Origin: an uncultured Candidatus Saccharibacteria bacterium
GTDB taxonomy: Bacteria; Patescibacteriota; Saccharimonadia; Saccharimonadales; Saccharimonadaceae
DNA length: 64,000 nt
Direction of reading: 5' to 3'
Assembly (NCBI GenBank): GCA_947165465.1
Contig: CAMVAM010000003.1
Location: 29,289-93,288, forward strand
In this document: piece by piece, positions 53,208 to 60,548 of the stretch
How the letters are laid out: each line of letters opens with the position of its first letter
Position numbering within the stretch: the stretch's first letter is position 1
Position numbers and translations under genes: made by a program
Notes under the pieces: model-generated
What the model was told of the DNA's origin: nothing
Seen by the model: the letters and a program-made list of their open reading frames with translations, nothing else
Databases searched by the model: none

Positions 53208-54542
53208 TTAGATTCCTTTCAATACATTATCCGTATATGCGTATGTCGGCCCGTACGGGCTGGATGAATTCGTGTATTCAGACAGGCTATAAACCTGTGC
53301 GCGTGGGCGATAGCTTCTGGCGCCCTTACCGGAGCCACAGCTCGCCTCACCAATGATAATCTGATCTTTTTCTTTGTTGATACCGAGCACAATGCCGGTG
53401 TGATTTGCCCAACCACCCGCCGAGCCGCTCGTCGGCCCGGAACTCATCACGGCATATAGTTTCGGAATCTTGCCACCGTCTTTTAGTTGCGGATGCATCG
53501 CTAGGTTCTGCTTTACCGCCTGCGAACCTTGAATTAAAGACACGCCACTCGGACCAAGCGTTGTGTATCTGTTTAAGAACCATTTCGTAAAGGCCGAGCA
53601 GTTATTTAGTGACCCACTTGGACAGCCCACATCTTCAATCTTGACTCCTTCAAATGTCACAAGCCCATGTTGCATTTTGTCCGCTTCTCTCGCATACGCT
53701 TCCATAAATGACTGTGCCTGAGCTAAGTCCATGCCACCATTTATGAGTTTCCCTTCCGCCGCCGCTGTGTTTTCTTCGGCCTTAGTTTCGGTAGTTTTAT
53801 TCACCACGCAAGACGAAATTTCATCAAGCCCGACGCCATCGCCGCCGTCACCACCACCGGCCGCGTTTCTGGCTGCATTTTCATACCATTCCGGATGTTC
53901 ATCCGCGAGTTCCTTTGATGATTTCCAACCCTCTTCCTCAGAAACTCTTTCAATCATCAAAATTAAGGAGCTCAGCTTCGAAACATAATTCGGATCGGTC
54001 GCGTATCCCGCATTTTTAATCGCCTGCGCGTAGGCATACGGATTCGTCACCGTATCGCCCTGGAATACGCCATGGTTACGATAGGTTGGTGTATTTACGA
54101 TGTTTTTATAATAACCTTCCCAGCCTGCTTCCGGCGTTTCGTACGAGAATGCATTATCCGGATTACTATCAAATGCGCCAATCCCAAAGAAATTATTTCT
54201 TTCCCTCGCAAAATACGAAGTCCCCGACGCCGATTCCAAAATTCCCTGCGCCATCACCGTTTCCCAAGGGATACCATAGTTAATACTGTGCATTACTGCA
54301 ATATCATGATAAGTCTTAATAAATCCTACCTGCGTGCCATCCGGCTCCCCACTAAGGACTCCGCCCTCACCTGAACCAATACAATTTCCGTACGGGTCAT
54401 AAAACAGAATATTATTATCCGCATAAATCCCCAGTTCCTCTTCCGTCATCCGGCTTTTCGCGCTAGCCGGAGCCACCAAAAACGCCGCTCCGATAAAGAG
54501 AAATAGCACTAAAAGTAGTTTACGCTTCATCACTTTGAGCAT
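53208..54542 (-). CDS. Secreted bifunctional cell-wall hydrolase: N-acetylglucosaminidase (GH73-like) + C-terminal CHAP domain
   Basis: Signal peptide. AQGILESASGTSYFARERNNFFGIGAFD is glucosaminidase-like. NNCSAFTKWFLNRY...GHTGIVLGI is CHAP Cys/His. Overlaps the prfB 3' end by 11-23 nt depending on the start chosen. Confidence 0.78.
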   Translation of the reverse strand: MLKVMKRKLLLVLFLFIGAAFLVAPASAKSRMTEEELGIYADNNILFYDPYGNCIGSGEGGVLSGEPDGTQVGFIKTYHDIAVMHSINYGIPWETVMAQGILESASGTSYFARERNNFFGIGAFDSNPDNAFSYETPEAGWEGYYKNIVNTPTYRNHGVFQGDTVTNPYAYAQAIKNAGYATDPNYVSKLSSLILMIERVSEEEGWKSSKELADEHPEWYENAARNAAGGGDGGDGVGLDEISSCVVNKTTETKAEENTAAAEGKLINGGMDLAQAQSFMEAYAREADKMQHGLVTFEGVKIEDVGCPSGSLNNCSAFTKWFLNRYTTLGPSGVSLIQGSQAVKQNLAMHPQLKDGGKIPKLYAVMSSGPTSGSAGGWANHTGIVLGINKEKDQIIIGEASCGSGKGARSYRPRAQVYSLSEYTNSSSPYGPTYAYTDNVLKGI

Positions 54543-55614
54543 AACAATTTTCTAAGAAATTATCAATAAACCCATCAATCTCGCCGTCTAGCACCGCATC
54601 CGGATCGGTCTCCTCATACCCGGTGCGCGTATCTTTTACTAACTTATACGGTTGAAGTACATAATTTCGAATCTGCTGCCCCCATCCGGCCGACTCGCCG
54701 GCACGAAGCTTATCGATGGATTCCGCATGCTGTTCGAGTTGCATCTGTACCAACTTCCCACGGAGAATTTCCATCGCCTTTTCCTTGTTTTGGAGCTGCG
54801 AACGTTCGTTTTGAATCGCCACTACAGTATTGGTCGGAATATGCGTAATGCGGACTGCCGAATTAGTCGTATTCACACTCTGCCCACCATGCCCGCCGGA
54901 ATGATAGACATCAATCCTGAGGTCCTTTTCATCGATTTTTACGTCTGTATCCGCCTTAATTACCGGGAGAACTTCCACTAGCGCAAACGAAGTCTGGCGA
55001 AGATTATTTGCATTAAATGGCGAAAGTCGAACTAACCTATGCACACCATGCTCAGATTTAAGTAGACCATATACATTTGTACCATTTACTTCATAAACTC
55101 CGGTTTTAATCCCGGCTTCTTCACCGGCCACCCGCTCCAGAGTCGAGACTTTAAACCCTTTTCGTTCAAAGAATCTTAGATACATGCGCTCGAGCATCCC
55201 GGACCAATCCATCGCTTCCGTCCCACCGGCTCCCGCGGTGATGCGAATGATTGCATCTTTGTCGTCATATGGCCCGTTAAATCGTAAGGCTTTCTTCAGC
55301 TCTTCGAAATTCTTTTCCATTGCCTCGACTTGCCCCGCCATCTCGTCTTTTAGCGAGTCGTCGCTCATCTCGAATAGTTCTTTTAAATCTTCAATTTGAG
55401 TTTTAAGAAGTCGCCACGGCTGCGTTTCGTCATTAATCCGCGCAAGTTCCTGGTTTTTCGAAGTCGCTTCCTCCACATTATTCCAAATTTCCGGCACCGC
55501 CACTTCTTCTTCCAGCTTGGCAAGTTTCGCCAGTTTCTCATCAATTTTCAGTCGTTCGTACGCTACCAAAAAATCATCTTCAAGTTCCGTCAACCGCTTC
55601 TGTAATTCCTGCAT
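54520..55614 (-). CDS. prfB: Peptide chain release factor 2, single uninterrupted ORF (no programmed frameshift)
   Basis: SPF tripeptide (RLSPFNANN) and GGQ (SGGHGGQSVNTT). The N-terminal domain is contiguous in one frame. Confidence 0.93.
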   Translation of the reverse strand: MQELQKRLTELEDDFLVAYERLKIDEKLAKLAKLEEEVAVPEIWNNVEEATSKNQELARINDETQPWRLLKTQIEDLKELFEMSDDSLKDEMAGQVEAMEKNFEELKKALRFNGPYDDKDAIIRITAGAGGTEAMDWSGMLERMYLRFFERKGFKVSTLERVAGEEAGIKTGVYEVNGTNVYGLLKSEHGVHRLVRLSPFNANNLRQTSFALVEVLPVIKADTDVKIDEKDLRIDVYHSGGHGGQSVNTTNSAVRITHIPTNTVVAIQNERSQLQNKEKAMEILRGKLVQMQLEQHAESIDKLRAGESAGWGQQIRNYVLQPYKLVKDTRTGYEETDPDAVLDGEIDGFIDNFLENCYAQSDEA

Positions 55615-55620
55615 ATCTTT

Positions 55621-55629
55621 ATTATAACA
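55621..55629 (-). promoter_or_regulatory. Extended -10 box (TGTTATAAT), 6 nt upstream of the prfB ATG (55614)
   Basis: The minus strand reads TGTTATAAT-AAAGAT-ATG. Confidence 0.5.
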
Positions 55630-57816
55630 TTATTCTTGAGAGTACTTCAGGATTCCCTCAATCTCTCCGATGTAACGGCTTCGTTTATCCTTTTTACCAG
55701 ACAATAAAATCACCTTTTTCTTTGTTCTGGTTAGCGCAACATAGAATAACCTTCTGAATTCCGGATATTCAATTTTTTCCGTTTCCGGTTCATTCCTAAA
55801 CAAATCTCTCATCCAAAAAACATCAAATGGATCATGTGGGAACCCTTCCGGCAAAGGCAGAACTATTACCCAGTCATAAGTCAGACCTTTTGATTTATGT
55901 ATCGTCATTAAATCAAAATAGAAATCATCAATACCGCGTATTTTTACTTTATTCTCAGCCGAATCAATCAAATCTGGGCAACTCTTCAATAGATTCCTTA
56001 TAGCATTGTTTGTGTGCCCAAGAACCAGAATTGAATCGTCCGGATATGCTTCATGAATGCCGACTATAAAACGCTTTAATACGGTGTTTCTATTGTATTT
56101 TTCCTCGCCGTTTTCATCAATCACGGTACAACCGACGATTTGAATTGGATTCTTATAGTCTTTATCAGATTTCAAATCTTTTTCAATCTGATACCCGTTC
56201 CTCATAATAAAAGTCCCGGCTGCTTTGACCAGCGACCTCGCATTACGATACGTCTTGCTAATAAAGAAAGTCTTTGCGCCCGGAAAGAAATGGTTAAAAT
56301 CATGAATGTATTTTACTTTACCACCCATAAACGAAAAGATTGATTGCCAATCATCACCAACAGCCATAAAACGCGCATTCGACCTATCAATCGTCTCTTT
56401 TAACAGCTCATAGCGTTTCACAGAAATATCCTGATACTCATCCACAATCACGTAATCGTATTTCATCGAATAATCATTAATCTCGTTCAGCCTACCAAGC
56501 ACACCGGTAATCATATCGCTAAAATCAACATGTTCTATATCTGTGTCGCTATTTTTCTCTTTATAATACTTCCAGAAATCATTAATAAAATTGTACTGTT
56601 TTTTCATTATTTCCCTACGCTGTGCCGGCGCAAGATTAATCCTGTTAGCACACATCTTAGCCACATCACCGCCACTACGAACCGTTTCCGAGCTCTTAAT
56701 GATTTCGATCGTCTCGAAAATGAATTTCTTGAGATTAAAGAACTCTGCCAACGGATTCTGACCCAAAATCTGACGGTAAATTGTTTCCGGATCACGAAGT
56801 TTTAACTCTACCCCATATTTTATAAGTTCTTTCTCTAAATCCTTCAGATACCCCCTATGTGGCTTGTAATCTAAAGAGATAAATCTATTGCCGTGAGATC
56901 TATGATACAGCTCTTTTTTCTCACGAATCCTTTCATAGCTCTTATTATCCAACTTGTTTCCAGACTTGCCGAAAAACTCAATATAAATCTTTTCACCGCC
57001 AACATCCACCGTAAAATCTGGCTTATAAACTCGATTTTCATCCATCAACTCACTATAAATCCGTTCGTATTCATAATCTACACCGTTGCAATACAGAAAA
57101 TTTGCGATTACGGCCTCACCCTTAGATTTAACTATCTCATTTTTTATCGTGCGCGAAACTTCGCCATTCACCATTTGGTCTACTATATGATCAATTTTCT
57201 CCTGCATACTTTGCGTGTTTAGGGATTCTTTTATCTTTTTATCAACATAGGATGCAAAGTATTCATCAAAAGAGTTATATTCGTTAAAATGCTCTTTAAA
57301 GTAATTCCCATACGTGTAACCCTCTGCCGGCCAATGTATTTCATTGTCATTAAATATCTCTATCATCTCCTGAAGCTTTTCCTTTGATGGGAAAATCACC
57401 TCTTTTAGATATGATAAGAATACCTTGTTCTGGTAATTGTTATCTATTGGAACAATCTTCTTATTAGGATTGAGTAACCGGTAATAAGCAAGTCCAAGCG
57501 AATGAAATGTTCTAATCTCGGCATTTATTCCGAGGTCCACCTTTATTCTCCGTTCTAGTTCTTCGGTAGCTTTCTTCGTGTAGCTCATCACTAGGATTTT
57601 TTCCGGAGTAACATGTTCCTTTTCAACCAAATAACGCACTTTAGCAGCTACAGTTGTAGTTTTTCCGGTTCCTGCACCCGCGATAACTAGGATGCATTTA
57701 TCATCAGAAAGAACCACGCTTTTTTGTTCATTATCAAGTTTTATTGCCGAATCTATCGGGTCGAGAATATGGTCCAGATACTCGTTATCCGAATTAAAAG
57801 ACGACAAAATGCTCAT
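55630..57816 (-). CDS. UvrD/Rep-family SF1 DNA helicase with an embedded PD-(D/E)xK-like nuclease module
   Basis: Walker A AGAGTGKTT, VIVDEYQD, MTIHKSKGLTYDWV, YVALTRTKKK. An insert after motif I (GEAVIANFLYCNGVDYEYERIY...YKPDFTVDVGGEKIYIEFFGK) resembles a restriction-endonuclease-fold core. Confidence 0.75.
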   Translation of the reverse strand: MSILSSFNSDNEYLDHILDPIDSAIKLDNEQKSVVLSDDKCILVIAGAGTGKTTTVAAKVRYLVEKEHVTPEKILVMSYTKKATEELERRIKVDLGINAEIRTFHSLGLAYYRLLNPNKKIVPIDNNYQNKVFLSYLKEVIFPSKEKLQEMIEIFNDNEIHWPAEGYTYGNYFKEHFNEYNSFDEYFASYVDKKIKESLNTQSMQEKIDHIVDQMVNGEVSRTIKNEIVKSKGEAVIANFLYCNGVDYEYERIYSELMDENRVYKPDFTVDVGGEKIYIEFFGKSGNKLDNKSYERIREKKELYHRSHGNRFISLDYKPHRGYLKDLEKELIKYGVELKLRDPETIYRQILGQNPLAEFFNLKKFIFETIEIIKSSETVRSGGDVAKMCANRINLAPAQRREIMKKQYNFINDFWKYYKEKNSDTDIEHVDFSDMITGVLGRLNEINDYSMKYDYVIVDEYQDISVKRYELLKETIDRSNARFMAVGDDWQSIFSFMGGKVKYIHDFNHFFPGAKTFFISKTYRNARSLVKAAGTFIMRNGYQIEKDLKSDKDYKNPIQIVGCTVIDENGEEKYNRNTVLKRFIVGIHEAYPDDSILVLGHTNNAIRNLLKSCPDLIDSAENKVKIRGIDDFYFDLMTIHKSKGLTYDWVIVLPLPEGFPHDPFDVFWMRDLFRNEPETEKIEYPEFRRLFYVALTRTKKKVILLSGKKDKRSRYIGEIEGILKYSQE

Positions 57817-57822
57817 GCTTAT

Positions 57823-57831
57823 ATTATAACA
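57823..57831 (-). promoter_or_regulatory. Extended -10 box (TGTTATAAT), 6 nt upstream of the helicase ATG (57816)
   Basis: The minus strand reads TGTTATAAT-ATAAGC-ATG. Confidence 0.55.
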
Positions 57832-57833
57832 CT

Positions 57834-57983
57834 CATATCTTTAGTTCTTTGAAACATTTTGGAATCTCCCGATGATAATTAAAATCTCACGGTTTGAGAA
57901 TGATACTGTAATATCATTCGAGAACCGACTGAGATTTTAATTATCATCAGGCGAGATTACAAGTTTCAAAAACTAAAGATATG
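57834..57983. repeat. Near-perfect palindrome of about 150 bp (long imperfect hairpin) filling the space between two divergent leaderless promoters
   Basis: Left arm catatctttagttctttgaaac...aatctc-ccgatgataattaaaatctca-cggtt-tgagaatgata pairs with right arm tatcattcgaga-accg-ac-tgagattttaattatcatcagg-cgagatt...gtttcaaaaactaaagatatg. The centre is near 57908. Confidence 0.85.
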
Positions 57984-57986
57984 GGG

Positions 57987-57995
57987 TGGTATAAT
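57987..57995 (+). promoter_or_regulatory. Extended -10 box (TGGTATAAT), 6 nt upstream of the ATG at 58002
   Basis: The plus strand reads TGGTATAAT-GAAAGT-ATG. This argues for a start at 58002 rather than the listed 57981. Confidence 0.55.
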
Positions 57996-58001
57996 GAAAG
58001 T

Positions 58002-58760
58002 ATGGAAAAGTTAACACCCTCACACGAATCATTAGAAACCTCAAAATCTCGCGATCAAAAAATCGGCGAAACCGCTCTCGAAGAAACCTCCAAAAAAGAA
58101 CGTGTCGCCACCTGGGCCGAACGCTACTACCAAACCGAAAAGAACTATATGCGCCATCGCAAAAACATCGTTTCTCTCGATTACGAAGATCTCGTTGACT
58201 GGGAAAATCGTGCCAAAATCTCCTTTGATGCTATGCAAAACGCCGAAAAATCGGCCGGTTTTCGCTCCCGTTACGAGCGCGATCGCACCGAAAATATCGG
58301 ATTCCTAAACCCAGACGAAAACATCGAAGCCGACTCCGGTAAATTCTACATTCGTCGCCAGCGTGCTCTCAATAAAGCTATCGAGGAGTCCGACTCTAAG
58401 ACCAAAGATGAAGACTTGAAAGCCGGTGACGAACTCTACCGTTTCGTCGGCGAACACCTCTATTACGAGCACGATTACGAGACCAGAGGAAGCGATTTGC
58501 AGGCTTACAACAGCCGCCGTCGCGCCGCCCATAACGCCCTTATCAACCATCTCAATCATATGAACGATCTCGCCCGCCAGTACGGCGTCACCCCTTTTAC
58601 TTTCCGTAATTTCGAAGATAACGACTTCACCTATATCAAATCCTCCGATGTTGGTGGCTTCACCGATGCCCGCTCTGAATATGATCGTTCTACCGTCGAA
58701 GCCTACTGCAGGAATGCCTTTAGCTCTGCCTACGAAAAAGCCGAAAAAGACCATCGCTAA
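58002..58760 (+). CDS. Hypothetical cytoplasmic protein (252 aa), charged and helical, no recognised domain
   Basis: Long ORF with coding-like composition. The antisense ORF 58305..58754 is judged a shadow. Confidence 0.55.
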   Translation: MEKLTPSHESLETSKSRDQKIGETALEETSKKERVATWAERYYQTEKNYMRHRKNIVSLDYEDLVDWENRAKISFDAMQNAEKSAGFRSRYERDRTENIGFLNPDENIEADSGKFYIRRQRALNKAIEESDSKTKDEDLKAGDELYRFVGEHLYYEHDYETRGSDLQAYNSRRRAAHNALINHLNHMNDLARQYGVTPFTFRNFEDNDFTYIKSSDVGGFTDARSEYDRSTVEAYCRNAFSSAYEKAEKDHR

Positions 58761-58772
58761 CAGATAATACTA

Positions 58773-58801
58773 TTGACTTTTTTAAGCATATGTGCTATAA
58801 T
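58773..58801 (+). promoter_or_regulatory. Consensus-like sigma70 promoter TTGACT-17-TATAAT
   Basis: TTGACT (58773-58778), 17-nt spacer, TATAAT (58796-58801). Followed by the SD GAGGGGGG and the GTG at 58841. Confidence 0.7.
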
Positions 58802-58840
58802 TAAGACATCGTTCTATCTTTAATGAGGGGGGTGGTCAAA

Positions 58841-59113
58841 GTGAACGAGCATTTTAAGGTCTTCGATGCCGAGGGCTTTGTCAAGAATCTGAAAAATGAT
58901 GTTTTCCACGATGAATTCATCAACAAACTTGGTCGGACTCTCGCATTTTCGAAGCTCCGCTGCGGCGGGGAGCATCGCTTAACCGGTGAAGAATGGGCTG
59001 TTATTGAACGAGGTTTCAGAAACCTTGGTGTACCCATGGTTCTTTCTACCAGTGAATCTGTCGAACTCGCCCACGCACTTTCGGCTCGCGCCGTCACATC
59101 TGCCCACTTTTAG
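58841..59113 (+). CDS. Hypothetical small protein (90 aa)
   Basis: Own promoter, strong SD and intrinsic terminator. The start could be the ATG at 58823, but that codon lies inside the SD. No recognised domain. Confidence 0.5.
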   Translation: MNEHFKVFDAEGFVKNLKNDVFHDEFINKLGRTLAFSKLRCGGEHRLTGEEWAVIERGFRNLGVPMVLSTSESVELAHALSARAVTSAHF

Positions 59114-59121
59114 TGGGTCAT

Positions 59122-59147
59122 AGCCCGCCTACTTGCGGGCTTTTTTA
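59122..59147 (+). terminator. Intrinsic terminator
   Basis: agcccgc/ctactt/gcgggct followed by tttttt. Confidence 0.8.
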
Positions 59148-59151
59148 TATC

Positions 59152-59189
59152 AAAAAAGCAGAGAGGCCCCTATAAAGGGGCCATTCTCT
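59152..59189 (-). terminator. Intrinsic terminator for the minus-strand 84-aa gene
   Basis: On the minus strand: agaga-at-ggcccct/ttat/aggggcc-tctct, then gctttttt. Confidence 0.7.
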
Positions 59190-59442
59190 ACCGTGTGAGA
59201 TGCCAGGACAAATCACTTGAGTTGAACTCAAGTCGCATTTGTTCCCGACCAACCAGAATGTCGAAAATGTGAAGCGTGGCTTGCCCCGCGAAGTGAATAT
59301 GGGTGCGGAGCAGCTCTGTCACTTCAGTTTCCGTTTGTCCACGTCGCCTGAAAGTGAGAGGCTGGCATGGCGTCATTTCGTAACTGAAAAGCGCCATCAC
59401 TTCGACTTGTTCTGTTTTGTTGTTTTTGTTAAAGTTTTTCAT
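59188..59442 (-). CDS. Hypothetical small protein (84 aa)
   Basis: SD AAGGAG 6 nt upstream of the ATG, own terminator, and a ~150-nt leader from a TGGTAAAAT box. No recognised domain. Confidence 0.5.
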   Translation of the reverse strand: MKNFNKNNKTEQVEVMALFSYEMTPCQPLTFRRRGQTETEVTELLRTHIHFAGQATLHIFDILVGREQMRLEFNSSDLSWHLTR

Positions 59443-59587
59443 AAAAGACTCCTTTAAATTAAATTATTAGAGCCATTTATGTGAGCCTCTGTTTTATTGG
59501 CTCGTAGTAAAAGGGCTAAATGACAACGCCCTGATACCATAAACTTTTCTCTTTACCAGTGACCGAAGTATAGCAAGAGACACTTCT

Positions 59588-59609
59588 ATTTTACCACATG
59601 TGGTATAAT
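59588..59609. promoter_or_regulatory. Back-to-back divergent extended -10 boxes sharing the palindrome taccacatgtggta
   Basis: attttacca (TGGTAAAAT on the minus strand) abuts tggtataat on the plus strand. The 14-bp perfect palindrome is centred at 59598/59599. Confidence 0.6.
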
Positions 59610-59649
59610 AGTAACCCTGGGAGAACATTAAAAAAAGGAGGTGGTTGAT

Positions 59650-60495
59650 ATGGAGAGAGCAGTCTCTGCTATCGATGACCTGAAAAAGCTTGGTGATAGG
59701 TTAATAGTATTCGAAGATGATGCTACAAATCCGCCGTCGCTTACTATCGTAAAATTTCCCGAAAATCGTGGAACCATCATCTATAATGATAAACTTTACG
59801 ATTGGTACGGCCGCGAAGTCGAACTCGGAGAAAGCATCAAACGCATCGTTGAGCCATTTGGACATTATACCGACGGCATCGACCTGACGCATTGTCACGA
59901 CAATTTTGTCGTAGAGCTAAAAGACGGCACTTTTGCAATTAGTGGCATTAAATATTATCGCTTGCCAAGATCGGAATGTTTAGGTTATTCTGGCCTAAAA
60001 TATGCCATTACAGGCGGTGCCTTAAAAATGGTACCACACATGTATTTAGACGGATCACTTCCGCGTTATGAAGAAGTCAAACTAAATGCCTTAAAAGACA
60101 CTTGTTTTGAAATCTTCAAACGTTGGAATGGTCCCCATGAATACGCTTTTGGCATCAATCCATTTTTCTGCGATTCGGTCGAAAAAGGCATCACGCATCT
60201 TATTTGCGGCGAACTTGCCGGCGGTAATGGCAGATGTTGGTTTTCTATCGCAGAGAACCGCGAAATACTCTTAAAAACCACCAAGACTAAACTCGGTCGC
60301 ATGGAAGAACCCCCACTTTATCTCAGCATGGACGAAATCTTTGGCGAAATTACAGTCTCAAAAGACGGCAATAAACTTACCGCCAGAGTCCCCAAAAAGC
60401 ATTTCACCAAAGAATCGATTCGTATCTCTACGGACGCTGAAGTTTTGGGGCACATGGAAGAGTCCCACTTTTGGTGGTACCTTGACCCAATCTAA
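59650..60495 (+). CDS. Hypothetical protein (281 aa), no recognised domain
   Basis: SD GGAGGTG 6 nt upstream of the ATG at 59650. Terminator immediately downstream. Confidence 0.55.
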   Translation: MERAVSAIDDLKKLGDRLIVFEDDATNPPSLTIVKFPENRGTIIYNDKLYDWYGREVELGESIKRIVEPFGHYTDGIDLTHCHDNFVVELKDGTFAISGIKYYRLPRSECLGYSGLKYAITGGALKMVPHMYLDGSLPRYEEVKLNALKDTCFEIFKRWNGPHEYAFGINPFFCDSVEKGITHLICGELAGGNGRCWFSIAENREILLKTTKTKLGRMEEPPLYLSMDEIFGEITVSKDGNKLTARVPKKHFTKESIRISTDAEVLGHMEESHFWWYLDPI

Positions 60496-60503
60496 TCCCA
60501 GAC

Positions 60504-60531
60504 TCCCCGTTTTTTACAACGGGGATTTTTT
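60504..60531 (+). terminator. Intrinsic terminator
   Basis: tccccgtt/ttttac/aacgggga followed by tttttt. Confidence 0.8.
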
Positions 60532-60532
60532 A

Positions 60533-60541
60533 TGTTATAAT
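60533..60541 (+). promoter_or_regulatory. Extended -10 box (TGTTATAAT), 7 nt upstream of the dus ATG (60549)
   Basis: The plus strand reads TGTTATAAT-ATTTCTT-ATG. Confidence 0.55.
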
Positions 60542-60548
60542 ATTTCTT

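Noticed and set aside
51109-54542. A prophage remnant, suggested by the phage-tail-lysozyme-like, CHAP and glucosaminidase domains.
   Set aside because: There are no capsid, terminase, portal, tail, integrase or holin genes nearby. Both enzymes have classical signal peptides and sit between prfB and the ribosomal operon, so they are more likely cellular secreted hydrolases.
54520-55614. Programmed +1 frameshift in prfB, as in many bacteria.
   Set aside because: The whole RF2 (N-terminal domain, SPF and GGQ) is encoded in one uninterrupted frame starting at the ATG at 55614. There is no in-frame early TGA and no split ORF.
57817-58001. A chromosomal replication origin at the strand-switch point marked by the palindrome.
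   Set aside because: I could not spot any DnaA-box-like TTATCCACA/TGTGGATAA motifs, and there is no dnaA, dnaN or other ori-linked gene nearby. Gene orientation flips again at 59188 and 62690. A GC-skew analysis of the full genome would be needed to reopen this idea.
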